A DNA stretch of 64,000 bases from Eutreptiella sp. 'Long Island Sound 2002' (GCA_964036045.1 OZ038378.1:53816001-53880000), one strand, 5' to 3'; positions 36,201-49,812 are shown, counted from the stretch's first letter. Made by a program: numbers and translations. The notes: generated by a model not told the origin, from the sequence alone.

Positions 36201-39200
36201 AGGCATGGCACCGGGTTTTTGGTCGTGGCCGTGTGGTTCTAGACAAACACGATGAATTCCCACTACACCGATCGAAGCTTTCTCAACACGTGGCAGGGAC
36301 TGGCAACACCACGTGGAGGCTCGGGTGGTAGCTACGCTGTTTTTCCCCTAAGTCAGGCGCCATGCAGCCCGCAACAACCTTGCCGAAGCTTAGATTCTGC
36401 ACGGAACTTGTATGTGTTGCAGGGGACCAAGATGTGCTGCTGGAAAAGTCGATGCGAGAACATCTTGAGGTGCTGTACAAGGTGTGAGTAGGGTTGTTCG
36501 GTTCCAGACGCAAGTGGCCTTCGGTGCAGTGTTACATGGTTGTCTAATTTTGATGTGACACACAACAGAAAAAATACATGCGTGTTACGGCCGGTGTTGC
36601 ACAGGGCAAAACACGTCACTGGACGTCGATCTATGAGATGTTATTTAAATTCAATTCTAACAAGAGTGAAATATCTCATTTTGTCTAGAATAGACAAATC
36701 AAACCAAAACCTATCTCACACGTGCATGAAATGACCACTTTCTCTAGTTCTAGGCACGAGACAAGAAAATAGTGCAGAAATTTATAGACTGCGCATTGAG
36801 ACGTACCATACCCAAAGAAAAAGTCACCATACAATAACACTTCAGCGTCAAGCCTGGCCCAAAGAAAACAACAATGCGCAAAAGGGGCACATAGGCCACA
36901 GGGCCGGAGGAGCACCCTCACAAGGTACCACAAAGTTTATAGGTTTATATTACGCTGGCCATTGCGCAGGTAAACCAGAACTTTGTTCAACTGACAAAAG
37001 ACAAGGCCCCCTCAGAACCAACTCTTTTTGTGCCATGAAAGCGGTTCTTCCATGCCCGGAAACTAATCATGGCCTTCTGGGCAGCAAGTGTCTCACAAGT
37101 GGATATTGCTACCTCAAGATGTGCAATAGCTCATGGCTTAGCATTTTTCTTGCCTTTACCTTTGGATTGCGACTCGGACACCTTGCTTGTGTCGCCTTTG
37201 GGTGTACGGCCACCATTTTTGCGAGGTGGTGCTACGTGCTTTGGGGTAACATACACAGTGTCCTCAGGGGCACCCCCCCACTTTTTCGACCTCCTCGTCG
37301 TCCCCGGTTCCGCCTCTGCCTTCTCCGGCACACGTTTGCTGTCCTTATGGTAAACATGCTCAAAATTCTGAGAGACTCTAGACCAAGAAATGGGATTCAA
37401 ACCATTGGCGATCCACAAATGGCTGCAAACTAGGGAATTGTTGTCTACCACGGACTCATGCTGTGTTGGCCGACACAGGGTGAGTCCGTGGTAGACAACA
37501 ATTCCCTGGTTTGCAGCCATTTGTGGATCGCCGATGGTTTGAATCCCATTCCTTGGTCTAGAGTCTCTCAGAATTTTGAGCATGTTTACCATAAGGACAG
37601 CAAACGTGTGCCGGAGAAGGCAGAGGCGGAACCGGGGACGACGAGGAGGTCGAAAAAGTGGGGGGGTGCCCCCGAGGACACTGTGTATGTTACTCCAAAG
37701 CACGTAGCACCACCTCGCAAAAATGGTGGCCGTACACCCAAAGGCGACACAAGCAAGGTGTCCAAGTCGCAATCCAAAAGTAAAGGCAAGAAAAAGGCTA
37801 AGCCATGAGCTATTGCACATCTTGAGGTAGTAATATCCACTTGTGAGACACTTGCTGCCCAGAAGGCCATGATTGGTTTCCGGGCATGGAAGAACCGCTT
37901 TCATGGCACGGAAAAGAGTTGGTTCTGAGGGGGCCCTGTTTGTTGTTGGTTGAACACATTTCTGGTTTACCTGCGCAATGGCCAGCGTAGTATAAACCTA
38001 TAAACTTTGTGGTACCTTGTGAGGGTGCTCCTCCGGCTCTGTGGCCTATGTGCCCCTTTTGCGCATTGTTGTTTTCCTTGGCCCAGCCTTGACGCTGAAG
38101 TGTTATTGTATGGTGACTTTTTCTTCGGGTATGGTACGTCTCAAGAGGAGCACCCTCACAAGGTACCACAAAGTTTATAGGTTTATACTACGTTGGCCAT
38201 TGCGCAGGTAAAACAGAAATGTGTTCAACCAACAACAAACAGCCCCCTCAGAACCAACTCCTTTCTGTGCCATGAAAGCGGTTCTTCCATGCCCGGAAAC
38301 TAATCATGGCCTTCTGGGCAGCAGGTGTCTCACAAGGGGATATTGCTACCTCAAGATGTGCAATAGCTCATGGCTTAGCCTTTTTGTTGCCTTTATCTTT
38401 GGATTGCGACTCAGACACCTTGCTTGTGTCACCTTTGGGTGTACGGCCACCATTTTTGCGAGGTGGTGCTACGTGCTTTGGGGTAACATACACAGTGTCC
38501 TCAGGGGCACCCCGCCACTTTTTCGACCTCCTCGTCGGCCCCGGTTCCGCCTCTGCCTTCTCCGGCACACGTTTGCTATCCCTACGGTAAGCATGATCAA
38601 AATTCTGAGAGACTCTAGACCAAGAAATGGGATTCAAACCATTGGCGATCCACAAATGGCTGCAAACTAGGGAATTGTTGTCTACCACGGACTCACGCTG
38701 TGTTGGCCAACACAGGACGACACTGATGGACAAATACATTGGCACTTCAAGTTTGCAGGCCGGTTGCACGGAACCGCTAATGACCAAGAACCACAAGGTG
38801 CTCGCTCCCGAGGATATTGCATTTGCAAGGTGGTGCATGATGAAACCTCGTACAAAGCTGCTGGACCATTGGGCCATGACAAAGAATAAAGTACCGCGGC
38901 ACCTGCACAGACGAACATTGGGTTTAAGACCACTATTGATGCAACAAGTGCGACTCAGGTGTGTGGTTCCAAACACTTCCGCAAATTCCATAGGCATGGC
39001 AACGGGTTTTTGGTCGTGGCCGTGTGGTTCTAGACAAACACGATGAATTGTCACTACACCGATCGAAACTTTCTCAACACGTGGCAGGGACTGGCAACAC
39101 CACATGGACGCTTGGGTGGTGCAGCTACTCTAATTTGCCGTTAAGTCAGGGGCCATGCAGCCCGCCACAACCTTGCTGAAGCTTAGATTCTGCACGGAAC

Positions 39201-40667
39201 TTGTATGTGTTGCAGGGGACCAAGATGTGCTGCGGGAAACGTCGATGCGAGAACATCTTGAGGTGCTGTACAAGGTGTGAGTAGGCTATTCTGGTTCCAG
39301 ACACAAGTGGCCTTCGGTGCAGTGTTACATGGTTGTCTAATTTTGAGGTGACAGACAAAAGAAAAATTACATGCGTGTTACGGCCGGTGTTGCACAGGAC
39401 AAAACACGTCAGTGGACGTCGATCTATGAGATGTTATTTAAATTCAATTCTAACAAGAGTGAAATATCGCATTTTGTCTAGAATAGAAAAATCAAACCAA
39501 AACCTATCTCACACGTGCATGAAATTGACCACTTTCTCTAGTTCCAGGCACGAGACAAGAAAATAGTGCAGAAACTGATAGACTGCGCATTGAGACGTAC
39601 CATACCCAAAGAAAAAGTCACCATACAATAACACTTTAGCGTCAAGGCTGGCCCAAGGAAAACAACAATGCGCAAAAGGGGCACATAGGCCACATAGCCA
39701 GAGGAGCACCCTCACAAGGTACCAAAAACTTTATAGGCTTTTAATACGCCGGCCATTGCGGAGGTAAAACAGAAATGTGTTCAACCAACAACAAACAGGG
39801 CCCCCTCAGAACCAACTCTTTTCCGTGCCATGAAAGCGGTTCTTCCATGCCCGGAAACTAATCATGGCCTTCTGGGCATCAGCTGTCGCAGAAGGGGATA
39901 TTGCTACCTGAAAATGTGCAATAGCTCATGGCTTAGCCTTTTTGTTGCCTTTACCTTTGGATTGCGACTCCGACACTTTGCTTGTGTCGCCTTTGGGTGT
40001 ACGGCCACCATTTTTGCGAGGTGGTGCTACGTGCTTTGGGGTAACATACACAGTGTCCTCAGGGGCACCCCCCCACTTTTTTGACCTCCTCGTCGGCCCC
40101 GGTTCCGCCTCTGCCTTCTCCGGCACACGTTTGCTATCCTTACGGTAAGCATGCTCAAAATTCTGAGAGACTCTAGACCAAGAAATGGGATTCAAACCAT
40201 TGGCGATCCACAAATGGCTGCAAACCAGGGAATTGTTGTCTACCACGGACTCACCCTGTGTCGGCCAACACAGGACGACACTGATGGGCAAAGGCATTGG
40301 CACTTCAAGTTTGCTGGCCAGGTGCACTGAAACCGCTAATGACCAAGAACCACAAGGTGCTGGCTCCCAAGGATATTGCATTTGCAAGGTGGTGCACGAT
40401 GAAACCCTCAACCTCCGTACAAAGCTGCTGGACCATTGGGCCATGACAAAGAACAAAGTACCGCGGCACCTGCACACACGAACATTGGGTTTAAGACCAC
40501 TAATGATGCAACAAGTGCGACTTAGGTGTGTGGTTCCAAACACTTCCGCAAATTCCATAGGCATGGCACCGGGTTTTTGGTCGTGGCCGTGTGGTTCTAG
40601 ACAAACACGATGAAATGGCACTACACCGATCGAAAGTTTCTCAACACGTGGCAGGGACTGGCAACAA
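33225..40667. repeat. Tandem array of ~1.55-kb units with an internal inverted segment
   Basis: Units start at ggtgcagctactct...: 33225, 34770, ~36326, 39118. Copy 3 folds back at 37469/37470, the inverted arm is 37470-38144, and the forward orientation resumes at 38145 (equivalent to 36907). Confidence 0.95.
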
Positions 40668-41319
40668 TACCTTCTAAGGCAGCGGATTTTCTGAAATCAC
40701 CCGGAGCTAAGTGAAACTCATCGACTATTGTTTTGTCAACGACCGTGGAATCAAAAAGGATTCTACAAAGTGCCTCGCTGTCATGCATCTTGTGCAGCCC
40801 ATCCAACACGCCACTGACATCGCAAGCATCACCAACCATGAGAACCAGCGTGCCACACACCAAATTTGGGCTCATAGTGGAATAAATGCCTCCATATGTC
40901 CCTTGGACACCTCCACAATGATCAAACAGTATGGCATGTTCGCAACCGTGGAGTACCCAGCGCCATGCCTATATCATGCACGAACCCTTCCAGCCACCTC
41001 TGTCTGGGGGCATCGCACTGAGTTCAAGGTTGACAATGGGGCGCTTCAAGGCTTCGCAGAGGGTAATGTATGTGTGATCACTCTATATTGCAGCCGTTAC
41101 AGCGTTCTTCGAGGGGGGACAGTAATTTTGCGTACAGCATTTCCAGCTAGAAACCGTGAAGATGTTGTGGGACTTGGACAGCAGACATTTTTCACATCTT
41201 GCCCGTTCGGGCAGTGTTATGCGAATGCCATCAACCAACTCATTTTCCGGATGGTACAGGTGCTGCTCCCACAGACGTCGAACCTTGAGCTGCTTCGCCC
41301 TCTTTGAAATCATCGCCAT
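39926..41319 (-). pseudogene. Decayed SF2 RecQ-like (Y'/Tlh-type) helicase
   Basis: LCRILFD...IVDEFHLAPGDFRKS (DEFH 40711-40722; compare RecQ DEAH...GHDFR and yeast Y' IVDEFH), in-frame TAT downstream, then MEFAEVFG...SGLKPNVR, and a K-rich tail ending KKAKP*. Walker A is unrecognisable or degenerate. Confidence 0.5.
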
Positions 41320-41496
41320 TGTCAGGGGTGCTAGAGCCCATGTGCCGCGTTACCTCCTCAAGGTCGGGGGGGATGGGGTCCCTAAGGCACCCCCAAAATG
41401 CAGCCTCACTGGCAGCCCACGACCCTTTAGTCCATCAGCAGCCGATACAGCCTTCGCACCCATTGCTTTTACCTATGCTGTGTGCGACCAGCCAAA

Positions 41497-42040
41497 AACA
41501 CATTTGATGGATATCAGAAATCACCCAAATTGTGAGCACGCTTCAGACTTGTGAAATTCCACCACTCTCAAACACACTTTTGAGGCCCACCTTTCGGTGA
41601 GATTTTTTGCGGGGTCCTTTTTTTTGGGGGGGGGGGGCAACATGCGCCGTCCAAGCCTATGGCAAACATCCATCAGGCCATATTTGTCATAAATGTGAAG
41701 TCTTTGTCCACTATTGGGGTGAAGGCTTTGGCGTAGCGAGCGATACCCGTCCCTCGGCAATGTAGTTTTGCCTACGTGGCCTCAATGATGGGGCTTGTGT
41801 TGTCAACATTGACATGGTAGCCAAACTAAGTGACCAAGTGCAACATTTTTACGGTTTTTGCACACGTTAAGTGGTTGGGGTGCGAAAGAAGTTTGAGTGT
41901 ATATGAACAAATGAATGCAACACATTTGATGGATATCAAAAATCACCCAAATTGTGAGCACGCTTCAGACTTGTGAAATTCCACCACTCTCAAACACACT
42001 TTTGAGGCCCACCTTTCGGTGAGATTTTTCGCGGGGGTCC
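41497..42040 (+). repeat. ~120-bp direct repeat pair (41497-41617 and 41919-42040)
   Basis: aacacatttgatggatatca...gaggcccacctttcggtgagatttt present twice, near identical. Confidence 0.9.
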
Positions 42041-45000
42041 AGCAAATGCAGCTCATGCATGAGGTTTACAACCGGTGCAAGAAATTGTGGGCTAGGCTCT
42101 CAGGAGTGCAAGCAGCTTCACCCTCTTGTTGATTTGCCCAAAGAAGTCCGCTACCATTTTTTTTTTGTAGGGGATCAAGCGCAATTGTTTGGTAGGGGAT
42201 TTGGAGCACAGGAAGTCCGGCTTCATCAACACTCTGAAGAAGAAGCTGACGCCCAATGAAGGATCCAAGGTGTTCTGGGGATAAGGGTTATAGCCGTCAT
42301 TTTTGCTCAAATTTGGGATGCATTAGAAGATGATGCAAAAAGCATCCTTGCTGCTCAGCATTTGTACCGAAAGGGGGCAAAAGAAGGCCGCTTTGCTATA
42401 TGGACAAGGAGGCTTTTCATGCAATGCTTATAGGACCCGGCTGTTGACTACCTTGTGGTATAATTTTCTCTTCAGGATGGTTGGTGGTAATGTGTGTGTT
42501 GCTGTGGATGTCTTCTTGCACTGTTTGCACCGTTGCATTTTATGTGGAAGAAGTGTGGCAGCTGACGAGTGCATAGATAGGTGCAGCCCGGGCAAACACC
42601 GCACAAATTCGGAAGTGTTGGGCGAAGTTAGGCTTGGAGTCCACCCCTTGGGTGCATTAGGTGGTGGCGCGCTCTGCTGCCCTACTCAAGAGGTTTGGAA
42701 TTTTGTACCTCTTCAACGGCATCCACCACCAACCTTACCAAGTGGCGGTAAAGAATAGTATGCGGTGTTGAAAGCCCCGCTCGTCCTGCCGTGGTCTGGG
42801 GCATGTGATTTGGAACGGAGGCCATGGACATGGGCCTCCGAAGGATTTGCGGGGGCTCGTTGGGAAGAAAGGGGGGCCATATGAGACTAGTAGGCGCCAT
42901 CGCCACTATGCATAATGAGTGAAACCATATTATTGCTTTTGTTGTTTTGGTAGGGAGTCGTGGGTTGACATGTGCACATCCCCATCGCACCGCCGGAACC
43001 TCCACTCGAAACTCCGTGCCCGAATCGGTTCTAATGCCAGACCCCACGCCGGAACTCCACGCTAGAACTGCTTCTGGCGCTAGAAACCTTGCTAGAAGCC
43101 CCACCGGAACCGTGCCCCAACCAAGCTTGGCGAAACGAAGGGTTGTACACGCCCTTCAGATGACAACATAAGAAATGTAAACACATGGATTTGAGCCCAT
43201 GACTCCCAACTTCCAAAGAGCCCGCCGTCATGCCTAGTTCCGGCGCATTGCTTCTTGTGGGACACCCCAAAATGCCCGCCGTCCCACCTCTGCCATTATA
43301 CATATTGAAATTTTTTTGCAGTGTCTACACCGTAATAGTTATTGCCTCGGGTTTTTCTTGCCATCTATAGAACATAGTAGCCATGGTCTCCATCACAGGC
43401 TGGTGCCTCACGAATGTTGTACTTTGCGTGGGGTCTATGTGTTGTTTAGTCCTTATTCCAGTCTAACGAGGCCAAGAAATCAAGGAAGCCGAACATGTGC
43501 ACACTAGGCGGCGGTGCACACGATATTTGCGAAGTAGGCATAGTATTTGTATAAGGTTTGTTGTTCTATTGTCATCATTAGAAACATTGTGATGAAGAAT
43601 TTTAAAAGTGTTATCTCACACTCTGCATGTTTCTATGCCCATCCGTGCGTTTTTCGTTGTCAACGGCGTCGGAGGGAAAGGTGCACCAGCAACAAAAGTC
43701 AATCTTGAACATTGTCTTAATGACCAATTTCTTTGCTATGTGCCAACAACACGTGCATTGCAAGCGGTTGGTAGATCCAATGTGCAAGAAATAAAAACGG
43801 CCGGGTGCCTCAACATGACCTGTTTGATGGAATGCCTTTGAGCAAAGTGCATTTGTGGTGGAGGCCAACCTAGCTCATTTCCATCCATTTGAACCAATCT
43901 TCCCTTCGTTTCGCTGTTTTGTGAGGCCAAAGTAACACCGTAAATCTAGATACCTTAGCTAACAACGGTGCACACGTCAAGCTAGGGGTCACACAAGCCA
44001 CGGTCGCTACGACACTCCCACAACAGTGATGATGGGAGTTGGGACGAGGTCAACAAAATTCAAGGGGTGCCCACATAGACAAATGCAAGGCCCACCAATG
44101 CAAATGGAAGGAGATGGCAATCGAGAGGCAGATGGGGACGATGGTGGCCAAGAGGAAGAGGAAGAAGAGGAGGAGGGAGTTGAACAAGACAACGCCCAAG
44201 GCGGTAGCAAAGAGGTGGCGGACCCCACACAACACGGATATGGAGGCGGAGGCAGCCGTGCAAGAGGTCTACAAGTGGATTGCGTGGAAGGGGTATGCAC
44301 TCTTAAAGCAACGTGTGTGGTTGGGGACAAGGTGACACACCAATTGCGCCTCCTTGGTGGCCGGCAACTTGATAAATTCTGGACGAGCCTACGGCTTTGA
44401 AGTGTTGTGTCGGAGATCACAGACATGTTCCACCAATGCCCAACGCAAAACATTGGACGAGACAGGAATAAATCCCCCTCCCCGGCGGCAATTTTTGCAT
44501 ATACCTAGGGCGGTGCATGCAATATGCTTTCGTGGGGTTTGTTTCACCATTTTGGATATGGTGCCAACCGACGCCTGGAAAAGCACTCGGAAGTTTTGGC
44601 ACCAAAATCAAGCCGGAAAACGCAACTGGTCTCGCAAGGAATGTTCCATGGGCCCTTGAGTGGATTAGTGCCCTCGCCGATGCAGTGGGCGTGTGCAGAA
44701 TTAGACTAGTAGCACACTATCGTTACACCACTCCATCCCGCTCTTGCCTGCCGGCGGCTCATAGAATTGTTGATGGTTTGACGGGATTACTCTGTTGCTC
44801 AAAGTGGTCTTTTTATTGATGCTAGTGCGGTTAGCGTATCTAGGGCTTTCGCCCAAGGCTGTGCCATACCATACCATACCTGCCGGCCAAGCTTCCATGG
44901 AACGCTCGGAGGAAATTATGGTGCCACTTGTGGCAGGTGAAACTAGAGGAATTTTAGTTGAACGCTTGATGCCCACTTTGCTTGCAACGAGCCCTATGGG

Positions 45001-47573
45001 CAGAAATGTAGAAAAGGTTGCGGACGTTTCTTTCTTATGCTCTTGTCTGATTTACCACTTTCTGTCATCACACTTGCAACAAAGATGTCCAGGTAGCTAG
45101 TCCAATGCATCCTTTGCTCCCTCCTTGCACAACTAGATTTCGGATTTTGAGGGGGACCTTATGGATGCCGATTTAGGAAATGTGGAAATGCCTGAACCCG
45201 GGGACGTGCAGCCTTGGAGTCAATATGCCTTGGTCGCATTATGTATGCGGCACAGCCCGTCAAAGACCATCGAGTCCTGGATGTTGAGGGTGTTTCTAGA
45301 CCGTGCCATGCCATGCCATGCCATTCACGCTAATGATACACTTCTAGCCATGCTAACGCATAAGAAGTATTCTAAGCTTGTTTTAACAACAGTGAGGTGG
45401 CAGGCAACGTAACCCCAAGCAAACACCAAATCTCCCGTGGGGTCCACAACTGCGACTTTTGCATTATGGGTCCAGACCTGAAGTATAATATGGACCATAC
45501 TTTTGCGCATGAATCTGATGAGAGCCCCCGTGTGCATTGCATGTGCCTAAAGACTACATTATCCACCCGCCCTAATGAAGTTCTTTGCAAATTCAAATGG
45601 CCCCAGACCAATGTAGTGGCTTGGTTTGAAGAAGCCAACGCCAAAAAGAGGTCCAAAAAGGTATCATGATATCATGCAACGTCTAGTTCCCTGCCCCCGT
45701 CCTTTATCCATGTGCCTTTTGAGGTTTTGAGGGTGATGATAAACCACGCTTTTTGTGAGGAACCCCATTCAAAAATCCATAGCACCATGCGCGCAGCTGT
45801 CACCGCGGCTCATGTCATAGAGGTTTTGAGGGAAAATGAATGGTGGCACATCTAGGACCAAGCCCTTTTGGGGAATTGGGAAAAGGTGATCACCCCCCCT
45901 TGAGGGGGAGGTTTTCAAGACAGACTGTGTGCCCACATACCACCCTCGCGGCCCTCTATGGGGCATAGAGTTGCATTTGGTTCCTACTCCGAAACCTTCT
46001 TAGCAAGCACAAAAATGTGCTGAGTTAAGCTAAGCGGCGATGGTTGCATGGCTTTGCACCAAGGGTCCATCCAAAGAGGCCCCCCGAGGAGACACAGCAC
46101 AGTCTTTGCCTTTCATTGTTTCAACCCCCGGAGACACTGCAGAGGACCCGCTTTTTTGACCAAATCATCAAATTTAGCCTTCAACCCCTTTACACTGTGG
46201 GTTGGGGCTCTAAACTAGGTGGTCACCTCCTTTCTGACCTTGTCCGACACTCCCAAAAAGCTGCAGGCCACCAGGCACCTCTTCTTGATGGCCAAGTGGC
46301 CTTCTTTCCTGGGCACAACGTCGGCAGTGGCTTCATGCAGTGTTTACGCCCCAGACGCAAAGCCAAAACAGTGCCAAAAGTGCGAAAAATGCGGGGAAAA
46401 TGCAAGCTGCCAATTGCGACAATTGCACATTTTTTCACTCTACAGTGTTGGCTCTTCTGCAAGAAAAGTGAAGGAAACTTCCAATCATGGTTTTGGGACT
46501 ATTGGGGCTACAAACAACAATGCAAAAACAAAGTAACATCGCCTTGTCCTGAGCAACACCCATTGAAAATTCTTTCAAATGTGTACAGGAGGGGTACTGT
46601 GTGTGCACAAATATCCATTGACATGCCATCAAGAGGAAAGTGTGTTCTGCCAGTCAAGGGTCACAGCTCATGTGCAGTCCCAATGATATGCCACCCTGTT
46701 TTACACAATTTGGTTTCATTCATTTTGCTTTTGTATTCCAAAATGTCAGCGTTCATTGACTTTTCTACCCCTTGCGACCTCAGCTCTGGTGACCTCCCCC
46801 CCTCACCACACTATGCACGCAACAAGGCCCAGGATAGTGTGGGTACCAGATGGTGCAGTCTCCTTGGCAACAGTGTGAGGAGCAGTATTGCAGCTCTGCT
46901 ACTTTTTGCCACAGAAGTAACGTCTCTCCTACGAACAACAGCAGAAGGGTGAGATTCCCTACCATACTTTGCACAAAAAGCTGGCTGCAGTATCTCTTTT
47001 GAGAGAGCAATGGTGTAAGAAGATCAACGTGGACTTTGCAAAATTGGAATTCCCTTGCTTTTCATCTTCAAGCGGAATGGTGCATTTTTCATTGCATCTT
47101 TTATCACATTTTTGCATCTATCCTCATTTTTGGCACATTTCTTTTCGAATCATATATCCCCCCCCCCCCCTTTCCTGGAGGCTGTTCATTTTCACACATA
47201 GAACGGAACCCCCCCCCCCCCCTCTCCAAACAAGGCTGTCCTGTAGGAAGGTGATATTTCTTTTTCTTTTTCACTTAGGACACCTGAGGTTTTGGGTGCA
47301 AGTCATCAGATGGCAGTAAGGGTTCAACCGAGAGCAATTAATCAACTGACAGCAGTTGGGCAGTGACCCACGGCAGTTCCTGACCGGACAGTGCACTGTT
47401 GGAATCCAGATGTACTGGAGGCCTGCAGGTTCTTTTTTTTTTTCTTGGTTGAGGCATGACAGACAGCCCTGAGTCCAGAGCGCTGATATTCATGGTCATC
47501 ATCCTCAATTTTGACATACATGTCAATCCCCCTCCATCCATCCCACGTCCCAGATTTTGTATCCATGGTGCAG

Positions 47574-47876
47574 GTGATTCAGACACGGACAGAGGCTGAA
47601 GTTGAGCAGCGAAATGAGCAGTACACGCAGCTGTACGACATGATTCAGGCGCAAAATGAGCGCCTCACCGACCTATACAATCTGCAGCGCTCGGCCACGC
47701 AGCGCTTCGAGAGCATGTATGGCCTCCCAGAGCAGGCACTCAGCCCACGCATGCAGGCGCCGCCGTCTGGGTCTGGGAAGCCCAAGAGTAACAGCTCCCA
47801 CAAACTGTTGGGCTTGCGCTCGGGCTCGGGCTCGGGCAGTGGCTTTGCCCCCACGGAAGTCCCAGTCAGTCCCGAG
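47574..47876 (+). CDS. Host gene exon (101 aa, coiled-coil plus S/G-rich linker), phase 0/0
   Basis: Acceptor gtgcag|GTG and donor GAG|gtatgt. Translation VIQTRTEAEVEQRNEQY...PTEVPVSPE joins in frame to the 7626-7868 exon and continues its coiled-coil character. Confidence 0.8.
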
Positions 47877-48512
47877 GTATGTCCGTGTCTGAGGCATTAG
47901 GGTGTGAGGTACATGTTCTACAGCAACACTGATCGCCAGGTTGGCTCCCGAGCGCTCAGGGGTACTCGCTGTAGATGGTGCACCCAGTTGCTAAGGCGGA
48001 ACTCAGAATAGGTGCCAGCGGGGCTCCACTCCACACATCGCCAGCAGAACCCGAAGTGTGTGCCCCTCAGTGAACCGGTCCCTGCAGCTCTTTTGTGGAC
48101 GGCTGATGTGCATCTGTGTGCACAGTGTCTACTGGTGGTCAGAACGAGAGTTGAGGTGGACAGGTGGGTGGCTATGCAAGTGGGGCTAATGTAGCGGCAG
48201 GAGGGGAAGCTAGCATATACACCCGCAAACAAAATTTTAACATTTCCGGCTGACAGACAAACAGTGTGGACAGGACATGCACACTACCCCAGCGGCCTTA
48301 CGAACAGGCAGCTCTTGGGCCCGGCCATTGTGCCAGTAAGTAGATGACAATTGTGTTACCACCTTCTGTCCAGTCCCGGCCCACCCTTCCCCAGCATCCC
48401 TCGTCTATGCCCCACATTTTCAGCCCTACACCCCGTGGGGCTGGCCTTGTGGGCCCGGTGCCGAGGTGGCGTGGTCGGAGGATGGCAAGGAGCAGGCGCA
48501 CCACCCTGTCTG

Positions 48513-48838
48513 CCTATAGACACCGTGCTCAGTTTATAGACACCGTTGATGTTTGTAGACACTGTGCGCCGTTTGTAAATGCTGTGCACACTTGTAGACA
48601 CTTTTCACACACCCACATACCGTGCACAGTTTCTATACACCTTTGTTGACATAGACATAGACATTGTGTACACATGTGGGCACTGTGCAGGTATGTAGAT
48701 ACTGTGCGTGGTTTGTTGACAGGGTGCACAGTGTGTGGACAGTGTGCATTTTTTTGAGACGCCATGCAGAGGTTTGCAGACATCATGTCCATTATGCAGA
48801 CACTGTGGATAGTTTGCACACACGCACACGCACACAGA

Positions 48839-48877
<39 letters not shown>

Positions 48878-49090
48878 CAGTTTGTCAAGGTTTATAAGTA
48901 CCGTGCACTGTTTGTAGGCACTGCCATCGCAGACACTGGCTATACCTGTGGATATTGTGTGCTGTTTGTTGACAATGTGCACACAACTAGACACTGTGCA
49001 CAGATTATAGACACATGTAGCCTCCCTGCACACATGCACACACCGCACCCGGTTAGCAGACACCTGTGTATAGTTTGTAAACACCATGCA
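48513..49090 (+). repeat. Degenerate ~19-bp minisatellite with embedded (CT)n at 48840-48873
   Basis: Consensus approximately tttgtagacactgtgcaca. Confidence 0.75.
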
Positions 49091-49753
49091 TGGTTTGAAA
49101 GCAGTGTTCAAGATTTCAAGGGGCCTGCGGTAACAGGGAGTAAAAACTGAGGTCTTATCGATATTACTGATTCCAACAGACCTTATAGTTGTGAGTAAAT
49201 GCGCATTGATTGCAACTGCGAGTAAATTCGGAAATATGTAACTATGAGTAAAAAGAACAATGATATCAATAATATGTGGTCGGTTTTGGGATGCCAAGAC
49301 AGGCAGTTTGAGCCCAATTTAAGCTCGTTTCGCCTTGTCATGGCCTGCCAAAGGTGCTAAAAAGCCTTGAAAACGGGCCATTTTGGGACCACGAATGTGT
49401 CACAAATGCGTCAAAAACGCCTTTTTTCCAAAAAGGATTCTAGATCACTTGGGATGCCCAAGCGAGTGAACTGAGCCTGTTTTGACCTTTTTTTTGGACC
49501 ATCAAACCCAATCCCATTCAAATGTCCTTCATTCAAATGTTCAACGCCATTTCTAGCTTTTGCAATTGCGAGCTACCATTGAGCCAGGTGGGGAGCCATC
49601 CAGAGTTGGGAAGACGGGTGTCAATTAAAGAATATGTATGTACACACACACACATATATAAAAATATCTACATCTATATAGACATATATGGCATATGCAA
49701 ATTTGGCACCCGGATTTGAATTTTGACACACATGGGGCCCCAACCCCCCATGA

Positions 49754-49811
<58 letters not shown>

Positions 49812-49812
49812 T
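49754..49812 (+). repeat. (TA)n(TG)n compound microsatellite
   Basis: Read directly. Confidence 0.95.

Noticed and set aside
33929-40613. Recurrent + strand ORFs (MKAVLPCPETNH..., MGFKPLAIHK...) as a tandem gene family
   Set aside because: They recur only because the DNA is repeated, their lengths vary by stops, and the motif evidence is on the minus strand.
44456-44473. DETGIN as an IS630/Tc1 first catalytic motif
   Set aside because: No DN/D34E partner motifs or TIRs found downstream.
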